Positions 27,960-36,584 of a stretch of 64,000 bases of DNA are shown here, one piece after another; position 1 is the first letter of the stretch, and every line of letters begins with the position of its first letter. Source of the stretch: Ignavibacterium sp. (lineage in GTDB: Bacteria; Bacteroidota; Ignavibacteria; Ignavibacteriales; Ignavibacteriaceae); the NCBI GenBank assembly GCA_018335755.1, contig JAGXRK010000061.1, forward strand, positions 6,646 to 70,645, read 5' to 3'. Under the pieces are notes generated by a model, which was given only the letters and a program-made list of their open reading frames with translations, had not been told where the DNA came from and searched no databases. Position numbers and translations under genes: made by a program.

Positions 27960-29210
27960 TTATCCCACTAATTTTAATTCAATATCTTTAACCCGAATTT
28001 GACCAGACATTAGTTGATTTAAAGATGAACGGAAAAGATCTTTATTATATTGAAGTAGTGTCTTTTCCTGATCGATTTTCGAATTCAAGGATTCTAAATA
28101 CTCACTCATCAAATTTTGTTCTTTAATATGTGGCAAACCAACTTTAATTTCGTGGATAATACCTTGTGTAACCAGAGGTTGACCACCTCTATTACGAAAT
28201 CTGTTCAAGTCAAAATATGTTAGAAATTCTTTCATATAATTAATGTTAAATTCTCTCAAAACTTTTTTCGTGTACAAGGCATTATCACTAATCCAACTTA
28301 CTCCTTTTGTAACGTAAGTAACTCCGCAATATTCTCCGACTCGCCCAATAACTAAAACTGGCATATCAAGCATTTTCAACTCTGTATATCCTAATATTCC
28401 ATTACCACCAAAAATTGGAATCGTTTTTAGATTATCAGGTAATTCAGAAATATCTTTAGGCCTTCCTTTACCACTACTTAATTTGAATAATTTGCCAAGC
28501 TCAATGACTTCCCAACTTTTCGGTATTGGACCAATCTCTGTTTGTTTTTGTGGTTCGCCGTTAAGTCCCTCCGTAAAGAGTTTTTGCATTAATGCTTTTT
28601 TAAGCTCTTGAGTGGTTTTAATTATTTGTTCCTGTGTTTCGATTGCCTGCTGTATTTTGGAAAGCACGTGAGCAATTTTTTTTTGCTCGGGGAGAGATAT
28701 TTTAGGTATACCTGCTTTTTCTTTATAAGAAGTAAAATTTAAATTTCTGATACCTGTTGTTCTCGCCTGAAGAGAATCAGTCCTACCTGATAAGTAAAAA
28801 TGAAGCAATGAATAAAAAACATATTTGGGAAGAAATTCATTCTGATTAAGTGTTCTTAAACAACTTGTGAAATTACTAAAGCTATATTCACCCGTAGATC
28901 GATCAAAAAAAACAACTCTACCGACTGGTTGAGTTGGTCCACCACCTGATCTTTCAATAATAACGTCACCAAAGAATAATTTTCTACTCTGATACTGTTT
29001 TTCTTCGACATCTAAGACTGCAACATCCGAATAATCGACTATTCCAAATTCTGTGAAGTTTGTATTTCTAATTACAGTTACTACTTTAAATGGTGGTTTC
29101 TTCCCTTTCCATAATCCATTTATCGTTTTAAAGTATTCCTCATTTTCCAAGGGAATTAAATTCCAATGCTCAGGGAGTAAACCGATATCAGTATTTTTGA
29201 AGTTGTCCAT
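27960..29210 (-). CDS. hsdS: Type I restriction enzyme S (specificity) subunit
   Basis: Two TRD halves separated by the central helical spacer LPEQKKIAHVLSKIQQAIETQEQII, with a matching C-terminal helix. 416 aa. Confidence 0.85.
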   Translation of the reverse strand: MDNFKNTDIGLLPEHWNLIPLENEEYFKTINGLWKGKKPPFKVVTVIRNTNFTEFGIVDYSDVAVLDVEEKQYQSRKLFFGDVIIERSGGGPTQPVGRVVFFDRSTGEYSFSNFTSCLRTLNQNEFLPKYVFYSLLHFYLSGRTDSLQARTTGIRNLNFTSYKEKAGIPKISLPEQKKIAHVLSKIQQAIETQEQIIKTTQELKKALMQKLFTEGLNGEPQKQTEIGPIPKSWEVIELGKLFKLSSGKGRPKDISELPDNLKTIPIFGGNGILGYTELKMLDMPVLVIGRVGEYCGVTYVTKGVSWISDNALYTKKVLREFNINYMKEFLTYFDLNRFRNRGGQPLVTQGIIHEIKVGLPHIKEQNLMSEYLESLNSKIDQEKTLLQYNKDLFRSSLNQLMSGQIRVKDIELKLVG

Positions 29211-29211
29211 T

Positions 29212-30840
29212 TCAAGCTGCCTTAATATAAAGCTTGAATGAAATATCTTCTACCTGAATAAAATTTTCTTTCAATACCTTTTTAGAATAATCATTATTTA
29301 TTTTCTTTAAAAGAAACATTGAATATCTTCTTTCAAGTTTATTCATATTTCTAGATTTATTTTTAAGTAAATCACTCAAAGGCTTTAGTTTACGTGGATG
29401 TTTGCTCCTGAGGATATCAACATTTTCAATAAAATATTTTAGACACAACACTCTTGAATACCACTGATATTCTAAGAAATGAGATTTTTTATAAAATCTA
29501 TAAAAGAATTCAATTTTATTTTTGGTTTTATAATATCTTATTAAAAACTGAAGCACAAAAAATTCAGTGTGAGGGTAAATATTTTTTGGTGAATAAAGAT
29601 ATCGGACTAGATATTCGCCAAGTCTAGGATATTTGAGAATCAATGTATTAAGAAACGTATAACTGCTCTCATTTACTTTATAAGATAATTTTGGATTGCC
29701 TAATATTTCATCTACAAACGAACGAGCTTCTTTATATGACTTTATATATTTAGCATTTTTTGTTTTACCAGTAAAGACTTTAAAGGCATAATTAGCAGGC
29801 GAAAACCATCTACCTCCTTTGTTTTTTTCAGTAGTTTGTGTGAGTCTACTAAACATATTTAGAATTGAATCTGCACGTTTGGTCCTTAAAATTTTATCAA
29901 ATTCTTTGAAGTACCAGTAATTATAATATTCTTTTCGATTTAATATTTTAATTTTTTGTTCATTTAGATTAAGTTTTAATTTTTGTAAATAAAAAGAACA
30001 TACCTGAATTATCTTTTGAGCATCATCCTTTTTACCATTAAAACTAATCCAAATATCATCAGCGTATCTTGAATAAATATGATCATTCTTATTAAAGATC
30101 TTATTCAAATATGATGTTATGTCAACATCGAAACTATTTAAATAAAAATTAGCTAAAAGTCTTGACATTTCCCCTAGTTCTTCCTGAGGGATACCAACAT
30201 TAGCCGGATTGTAACCTAAATCTCTTTTGTCAGCATTACGTAAAAAATAGAATAATAAATCAATGACATTTTGCTTTTTATTTATCTTACTTCTCAATGT
30301 ACGCTCTAGAATATCTAGATTTATATCGTCATAAAAGTGTGCAATATCAATATGAATGTAATACTTAAACTTTTTATCATATAAATATCTTGCAAGTTTC
30401 TGATATTCACCCCACTCCTTTCTAAAACCATAAATGTTTAATGCATTTTCATATGCTGGATCATAGGTTGTTTCCTCTATTTTAGATTCATCAAATTTCA
30501 AATCCTTTGTAATTCTAAATCCACCAAATACGTTAGGGATAAGCTTAATGACTGAAATTATTTCATCCTGTATTTGTTTAATACAGTAGTAATAAATAGA
30601 AATATCACTGAGATTAAATATTTTAACTTTACGTACTACACCTTTAGACTTTGGAGCATATAAATAATATGGAAGCTTGAAAGCGTAATTATAAGATACA
30701 AGATCATCAACAAGTTCATTTAGAAATTTTTCTCTATTTACATCACGATAATTAATAATATCCCTGAAAAAACTCTCTTTTGTTATGTGCTTCCAGAATG
30801 GAATATCTATTGATTTGATGAATTCTGATTTATCGATCAT
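29212..30840 (-). CDS. Stand-alone reverse transcriptase (Abi/UG-like) with a helical C-terminal extension
   Basis: RT motifs in order: PKSKGVVRKVKIF, HIDIAHFYDDI, GIPQEELGEMSRLLANFYL, YSRYADDIWISF, LNLNEQKIKIL. No maturase, endonuclease or RNase H region recognised. Confidence 0.8.
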   Translation of the reverse strand: MIDKSEFIKSIDIPFWKHITKESFFRDIINYRDVNREKFLNELVDDLVSYNYAFKLPYYLYAPKSKGVVRKVKIFNLSDISIYYYCIKQIQDEIISVIKLIPNVFGGFRITKDLKFDESKIEETTYDPAYENALNIYGFRKEWGEYQKLARYLYDKKFKYYIHIDIAHFYDDINLDILERTLRSKINKKQNVIDLLFYFLRNADKRDLGYNPANVGIPQEELGEMSRLLANFYLNSFDVDITSYLNKIFNKNDHIYSRYADDIWISFNGKKDDAQKIIQVCSFYLQKLKLNLNEQKIKILNRKEYYNYWYFKEFDKILRTKRADSILNMFSRLTQTTEKNKGGRWFSPANYAFKVFTGKTKNAKYIKSYKEARSFVDEILGNPKLSYKVNESSYTFLNTLILKYPRLGEYLVRYLYSPKNIYPHTEFFVLQFLIRYYKTKNKIEFFYRFYKKSHFLEYQWYSRVLCLKYFIENVDILRSKHPRKLKPLSDLLKNKSRNMNKLERRYSMFLLKKINNDYSKKVLKENFIQVEDISFKLYIKAA

Positions 30841-30855
30841 TTTTAATTTTATATT

Positions 30856-31515
30856 TTAGCAACAATTGGTGCTTTTATTTGAAAGCGCATTTATTCTATT
30901 AGGATGCTTCTTGGTTAAATCTTTTCCATATAATTTTACTTTTGCACAACTAAACAAAAAATCATACAATTTCTTGCCAATATTTTCATCAAGCTTATGT
31001 GGTTTTGATCCAACCCCTGCTTTGAAAGCCTTAATTAAAAAATCCGTTTGTAATCCATTTTTATTTAGAAATGGTAAAATATCAAGAAGATTATCTTTTG
31101 CATCTTGAGGCTGGAAACTCGTATCTGGCTCTGCTTTTAACGTATATCTTTTTCTTTTTTTAAATGGATGGTTATGCACCCATTTGTAGTGATGTTGGAA
31201 AGTTTGTTCATTATCTACAATATAATCATTACGACTTATTTTATTATTGTCCTTCCAAAATATTTTTTCAGCTATATGAAAAACACAATCACAGTTCAAT
31301 TCTGTAAAGTCATTAAGAGATGGTTTCCCTGAAACCCAAAAATTAACCTGATTCTTATAGTTTGAAAGTTGTGTTATGTGACAATAAGTATGCAGAAATT
31401 TTTCATTCCAGATATAAGGATCCTCATTTCCTCCAAAGCTATCGTGATAAATCGTAAGCTTTCCATTATTATATCTACATCTTTCCGGATGATATATTAA
31501 ATAAAAGGGACCCAA
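30856..31515 (-). CDS. Hypothetical His/Cys/Trp-rich protein, predicted RT partner
   Basis: 219 codons with no stop and no internal Met. TTG start 1 nt after the hsdM stop. No family recognised. Motifs HDSFGG, CDCVFH and HHYKWVHNHPF. Confidence 0.55.
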   Translation of the reverse strand: MGPFYLIYHPERCRYNNGKLTIYHDSFGGNEDPYIWNEKFLHTYCHITQLSNYKNQVNFWVSGKPSLNDFTELNCDCVFHIAEKIFWKDNNKISRNDYIVDNEQTFQHHYKWVHNHPFKKRKRYTLKAEPDTSFQPQDAKDNLLDILPFLNKNGLQTDFLIKAFKAGVGSKPHKLDENIGKKLYDFLFSCAKVKLYGKDLTKKHPNRINALSNKSTNCC

Positions 31516-31516
31516 C

Positions 31517-33076
31517 TTAATACCCCAACTTTTTAAAAATATCTTTCAGCTCTTTATCGATAGCCTTTTGTTCCTGTTCAAGTTCTTTCAGGTCTTCGAG
31601 TATTTCGCCGATAGGTCTGTAAGTTTCCTCTTCTGCTGTGTGTATGTAGCGAGTTGGAGATAAGTTATAATCATTTTTTACTATTTCATCTTTATCAATA
31701 ACTTTGCTAAACTTTTCAATCTCTTTCCAGCTTAAATAAGCATCAACAATTTTATTCTGGTTTTCATCTGGTATAAAATTCTTTGGCTGTCCTTTTTGAA
31801 ATTCTTTAGAGGCGTTAATGAGTAAAATTTTATTCTTTTTACTTTTATCTTTCTTCCTGTTGAGAAACAGAATTATTCCCGGTGCAGGAGTATTATAAAA
31901 GAGATTTTCAGGTAAGTATAACACACCTTCAATTATATCCTGTTCTACAAACCATTTCCTAATTTCTTTTTCTCTGTTTGTACTTTGATTTCCCGAACCT
32001 CTTGAGACTGCACCTGTATCTAAAACAATTCCTGCTCTTCCTTTTTCATTTAAAGAAGCAAGAATATGTTGAGCCCAACCCCAATCTGCTGTACCGTTTG
32101 GTGGAAAGCCAGCACTAAATCTTTCAAGCTCATCATTTTCATAAGTCTTTTGATTAAAGTTACTCTGATTCCACATTGGATTAGCAGTTACAAGATCAAA
32201 TTTTCTTAGTCTGCTTCCATCTCTGAATTTTGGAGAGTTCATTGTATCACCAATTTCAATGGTACCTTCCATATCGTGAATAACCATATTCATATTAGCC
32301 ATTGCCCAGGTGCTTGAGATATATTCCTGTCCGTTTAATTGAAGCGGTGCATATTTTTCTTTAGATCGTAAATGCATTTTGTCCTGAAGGACCAACTGGC
32401 ATTTAATAAGCAATCCTGCAGAGCCACAGCAAGGATCATAGATTTCCTGCCCGGGTTCAGGATCGAGAATACGAGCTATAATAATTCCAACTTCTTTAGG
32501 TGTGTAGAATTCACCTGCACTTTGTCCTCCACCTTCAGCAAACTTTCTAATCAGATATTCATAGCTTCTGCCAATGATATCCGGTTCAACGTCTTTAAGG
32601 CCTAATCTCTTCTTGCTTATTTCTTCAATCAGGTTGCTGAGCTTGTCATCATCAATATCTCTTTGTCCGTGAGTGGTTGCGTTAAAATCAACTCTGTCAA
32701 TGATACCCTGTAAGCGTGGGTTTTCTCTGGCTATGTCTCTCATTCTGTTAGTAAGCTCTTCACCGATCTTTGTTGATAGCTTACGAATCACAGACCAGGT
32801 AGGATCATCAATGTTTTCAGGTCTTAAAGGAATGTAAAAGCGGATTAATTTTCTATCTTTTTCAATTAGCTTTAGAGCTTTTTGTTTATCACTAATCTTG
32901 TCCGTGATTCTTTGGACTTCGTCATCAAATACATCGCATAGTCTTTTTACAAAAATGAGGGGTAGTATAAAGTCTTTGTACTTCGGTGCGTCTTGCGCTC
33001 CTCTGATGGCGCAAGCCGCATCCCATATCCAGGATTCAAGGGATTTGTGATTGTTGTTATTTGACATATATGTCAT
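31517..33076 (-). CDS. hsdM: Type I restriction enzyme M subunit (N6-adenine DNA methyltransferase)
   Basis: HsdM N-terminal domain, motif I DPCCGSAGLL, motif IV ANPMWN. Confidence 0.9.
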   Translation of the reverse strand: MTYMSNNNNHKSLESWIWDAACAIRGAQDAPKYKDFILPLIFVKRLCDVFDDEVQRITDKISDKQKALKLIEKDRKLIRFYIPLRPENIDDPTWSVIRKLSTKIGEELTNRMRDIARENPRLQGIIDRVDFNATTHGQRDIDDDKLSNLIEEISKKRLGLKDVEPDIIGRSYEYLIRKFAEGGGQSAGEFYTPKEVGIIIARILDPEPGQEIYDPCCGSAGLLIKCQLVLQDKMHLRSKEKYAPLQLNGQEYISSTWAMANMNMVIHDMEGTIEIGDTMNSPKFRDGSRLRKFDLVTANPMWNQSNFNQKTYENDELERFSAGFPPNGTADWGWAQHILASLNEKGRAGIVLDTGAVSRGSGNQSTNREKEIRKWFVEQDIIEGVLYLPENLFYNTPAPGIILFLNRKKDKSKKNKILLINASKEFQKGQPKNFIPDENQNKIVDAYLSWKEIEKFSKVIDKDEIVKNDYNLSPTRYIHTAEEETYRPIGEILEDLKELEQEQKAIDKELKDIFKKLGY

Positions 33077-33299
33077 CTGTAGAATTGATATCGAAAAGAA
33101 AAACCGGGAACATTTATAACCCAGAATTTATTATTGTACATAAATATAAATAATATTATTTATTTATTCTTTCTTATTTATCAACTATTATCATTTTGCT
33201 ACAATCACTTCGATCACACCGATAACGATTCCTATATGCACAAAATATAACTAGTGAATTATATCCGGCGAACCGTTACCGATGTGAGAAGTGTTACTT

Positions 33300-34244
33300 C
33301 TAGTTGGGTGATGGAAGTTTATATAGTCCGGTTTTGCTGCCCTTTATTATTTCCCCTGCAAGCAGCATCTTTCTGAGTAGCTGGCTTATCGATTCCCTTG
33401 ATTTTTGAAGTCTCTCAGCCATTTGGCCAACCCTGATTTCAAGGTCATATTGTCCTCCGAATAGCTCGATGATTTCCTGACGTTCCACTGTTGATGCTGA
33501 AATAATATTCTTATCCATTACTATCCAGCGGTGAGTTTCCTCATCCTGTGTCAGCAAATAATTTTCCTCCTTAACATCCCGTCCTGTAACGTGAAGGATA
33601 TAACCATTGGAATGCTTTTTGAGTATTAAAAGTGTATCCGGGGCAGCAGTGATTCCGGAAGTACCTACAATCTCATCAAAGACAGAATCGGCTTCACTTT
33701 TCCTTGTATGATGAATTAACAATATACAGAGTTGATTTTGAAGTGCAATATTCTGAAGCTCTGCCATAAAATCATATTCATCCTGGAATGATAAGCCAAA
33801 TTTTCTTTGATCTTTTGAGATTGCATTCCCTAGGGTATCGATGATAATTAAATTAAGATCCTCGTTCTGATCGACAGCTTGTCTGATCATTTTGATTCCT
33901 TCTAGATGAAATCGTCTAAATTCTGATTGATCAAGAAAAAACAGGTCACTTGAAGCTTCACCATCTTTAAGCATAGTATTTATTCTGTCTTTCAATCTTC
34001 TAAAATTATCTTCAAGTGCGATATACAAAACTTTACTTTTCTGAGTATCAAAATAATCCATAGTTTGTGCACCTGCAGAAGAAGCGAGTGCTAATTGTGA
34101 AGATAACCAGGACTTGCCTACCTTTGGCCTGCCAGCCAGGAGGGCTAAACCCTCCGGCAGCAGATCTTTAATTATCCAATTTATAGGTGGCAACTCCATT
34201 TTCTGGATTTCATTCGCTGAAACTAGTTTTAGATTTTCTTTCAT
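33300..34244 (-). CDS. AAA_25/RepA-like RecA-fold ATPase of the mobile element
   Basis: Walker A LLAGRPKVGKSW and Walker B LIIIDTLG. This architecture is common next to integrases. Confidence 0.7.
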   Translation of the reverse strand: MKENLKLVSANEIQKMELPPINWIIKDLLPEGLALLAGRPKVGKSWLSSQLALASSAGAQTMDYFDTQKSKVLYIALEDNFRRLKDRINTMLKDGEASSDLFFLDQSEFRRFHLEGIKMIRQAVDQNEDLNLIIIDTLGNAISKDQRKFGLSFQDEYDFMAELQNIALQNQLCILLIHHTRKSEADSVFDEIVGTSGITAAPDTLLILKKHSNGYILHVTGRDVKEENYLLTQDEETHRWIVMDKNIISASTVERQEIIELFGGQYDLEIRVGQMAERLQKSRESISQLLRKMLLAGEIIKGSKTGLYKLPSPN

Positions 34245-34257
34245 TTCTGTAGTTCTC

Positions 34258-34536
34258 CTAATTTATAGTTGTATTTAGTTTTGATTGTAATTCTTCGATA
34301 GTATAAATTCTATCCTTTTCCACCCATTCTATGAGGTCCGATTTTTTGAAGAGAAGCTTCTTTGTGCTTTTATAGAATGGGATTTCCCGTTTGAAGACCA
34401 TCTGGTAAATAGTAGTCTTTTTCAGCTTGAGAAAGCTGCTGGCTTCATTGATATCCATAAACTCTGTTTCTTTTGTTTGTATAGAGTTTAGAATGGACTC
34501 AATTTTGTTTAATTGGTGTTGGATTTGCTTTTCCAT
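34258..34536 (-). CDS. Excisionase-family / MerR-like helix-turn-helix DNA-binding protein
   Basis: INEASSFLKLKKTTIYQMVFKREIPFYKSTKKLLFKKSDLIEWV. Confidence 0.65.
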   Translation of the reverse strand: MEKQIQHQLNKIESILNSIQTKETEFMDINEASSFLKLKKTTIYQMVFKREIPFYKSTKKLLFKKSDLIEWVEKDRIYTIEELQSKLNTTIN

Positions 34537-34627
34537 ATTTACTCCTATTAGTGGTGAAAAATTTTAGAGTAAAAATAAAATGTGTGTGGCGGGCTTAGTA
34601 ACTACTTAATGACTACCTTTGACTACC

Positions 34628-35383
34628 TTATTCCTGATCAAATCTTAATTTCTTCAGTTTATCACTGATTTGATGAGTTTCATTTTTATTATTTATGTTG
34701 TTGTTTAAATGTTTTAACTTTTTCGGATCAATTTCAGAATCATTCCAAGTAAAATGTTTAGCTAATATTTGATATTTGTTTTTTTTATAAACAAAAAAAC
34801 CCGATTCGAAGAGTTTGTTGAACAAAAATACAAAATCTTCTTTTTTCTCCTGCCAAACCAATTTATCATTCTGCCCCTGATTATCTTCTTCGTCATCATC
34901 CCCTAAAACTTCATTAATAATTAATACTTTTCTTATTAACTTATCTAACCAAATAGAGTAATCCTTAAATTCAAGCACTAATGATAAAACATCGATATCA
35001 CGCTTACCAGTTTTTTTATCTTCTAATATCATTCTGACCACTTTATCTTCTATTTTATTCAGGTCAAGATTATTGATATAAATTTTGTATTCTTGTTTTG
35101 ATAATTCATTATTCTTATTCAATTTGAATTTAAAGGAAGATTTATCTTCCGAGTCGAATATTGTTTCAGCATCAAGAAATTTTGAAAATGAATGGGATTG
35201 TAGGGCTTGTGTAATTTTAATTATTCTGTCTCTTTTTTCGATGAGATAGTTTAAAGCTGCTTTATCATCCAGGTTTTTGAGTTTTTCTTCAATCGCACCA
35301 ATAGTAAAACCATAATGCCCTATGAAATAAGTATCTGGTGTTTCTAAACGCTCCAGACCGCTTGAATATTTCATTAAATCCAT
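34628..35383 (-). CDS. Hypothetical island protein
   Basis: 251-aa ORF between the integrase and the HTH gene. Lys/Asp-rich. No family recognised. Confidence 0.45.
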   Translation of the reverse strand: MDLMKYSSGLERLETPDTYFIGHYGFTIGAIEEKLKNLDDKAALNYLIEKRDRIIKITQALQSHSFSKFLDAETIFDSEDKSSFKFKLNKNNELSKQEYKIYINNLDLNKIEDKVVRMILEDKKTGKRDIDVLSLVLEFKDYSIWLDKLIRKVLIINEVLGDDDEEDNQGQNDKLVWQEKKEDFVFLFNKLFESGFFVYKKNKYQILAKHFTWNDSEIDPKKLKHLNNNINNKNETHQISDKLKKLRFDQE

Positions 35384-35385
35384 AT

Positions 35386-36423
35386 TTAATCTCCTAATAT
35401 TGGCAATCGATTTATTGCTTCTACTTTTTTCTCATCCACTATTTTTGCATAAACTTGAGTAGTTGAAATACTTTTGTGTCCAAGTAATTTACTAACAGTA
35501 TAAAGATCAGTACCCATAGTCAGCGATAGTGTTGCAAATGTGTGTCGTGCTGTGTGAAATGATACTCTTTTATTTATTTCAGCTTTCTTAACCCATCTTT
35601 TTATGTTAGACCAAGTTACTTCTTTTTGCGGTATATGAAAAACAAATTCATCTTTTTTACTTGAAGATTTTTCATCCAGTATCTTTTTTGCTGTGTGTGC
35701 TAATGGCAGATATTCAACACCGCCTGTCTTCTTCTGTCTGAATTCCAGTTTATCATTTTTAATATTAGACCATTTTAAATTTATTATATCAGAATATCTA
35801 AGTCCAGTGAAACAGGAGAAAATAAAAGCATCCTTAACCTCTTTATTTCCTAAAGGTGTTTCGTTAAGCTTTTTAACCTCTTCAATCGTTAGATACTCCC
35901 GGTTAGTCTCTGGCTTCTTTATGTTATCAACTAAGTTGCAGGGATTATTTTGTATTATCATCTCTTTTACTGCACGATTCAGAGCGTACTTAATATTAGT
36001 GTAATAATGCCAGGCAGTTATTTGAGATACTTCATTAAGTAATAATTTCTTAAATCCGGTTAACCATTCGGGTGTGATCTTCTGGAATTCTACTTTACCA
36101 CCGGTATAATCCTCTAACTTCTTCAGCGTACATTGCCAACTGCTGCGATCTGGCGGTCTCTCATTAACAAGTTTTTTAAAGTAGGTAACGAAATCATCTT
36201 TTCGTTTTGTTTCACTTACGAATCCGTATGAATCGTGATTCAATTCTAATTGCCTTTTGGCTCTAATGTTCTCTGCTAGCTGAAGTGTGGCTTTATTTGC
36301 GATTGGATTATCTTCCAAAAAAAGATTAAGATGTTCAAATTTTCGTTGCCCCTGGTGGTATATGTCCAGGAATAAGCTATACCGATTGTTACTGCGTTTT
36401 CTCTTCCTAATTTTTACTGACAT
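35386..36423 (-). CDS. Tyrosine-type site-specific integrase with an N-terminal Arm DNA-binding domain
   Basis: Catalytic region GLRYSD...HTARHTFATL...LLGHKSISTTQVYA. Basic N-terminus RKRKRSNNRYSLFLDIYHQGQRKF. Confidence 0.9.
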   Translation of the reverse strand: MSVKIRKRKRSNNRYSLFLDIYHQGQRKFEHLNLFLEDNPIANKATLQLAENIRAKRQLELNHDSYGFVSETKRKDDFVTYFKKLVNERPPDRSSWQCTLKKLEDYTGGKVEFQKITPEWLTGFKKLLLNEVSQITAWHYYTNIKYALNRAVKEMIIQNNPCNLVDNIKKPETNREYLTIEEVKKLNETPLGNKEVKDAFIFSCFTGLRYSDIINLKWSNIKNDKLEFRQKKTGGVEYLPLAHTAKKILDEKSSSKKDEFVFHIPQKEVTWSNIKRWVKKAEINKRVSFHTARHTFATLSLTMGTDLYTVSKLLGHKSISTTQVYAKIVDEKKVEAINRLPILGD

Positions 36424-36497
36424 TTGTTGCGCCTATAAGTTTTGTTGCGATAATTACAACTGAAAATTAATGGTTGAGTTACAAATACGCAACAAAA
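36423..36497. repeat. Three copies of the cgcaacaaa core (two inverted, one direct): candidate arm-type integrase sites
   Basis: tttgttgcg at 36423-36431 and 36441-36449. acaaatacgcaacaaaa at 36481-36497 matches 19113-19130. Confidence 0.5.
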
Positions 36498-36584
36498 ATT
36501 ATAAAAATCATTGAAAGTGGTGAAAACAGATATAAGAAAAAACTTTGTTTTTTAATTATATTCGAAGAAAGTTTGGAATGAAAA

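Noticed and set aside
29212-30840. RT as a group II intron maturase or a retron RT
   Set aside because: There is no X/maturase or En domain and no intron RNA domains around it. It is flanked at 1-15 nt by coding genes on both sides, so there is no space for msr/msd with flanking inverted repeats. It remains possible that a template RNA is encoded elsewhere.
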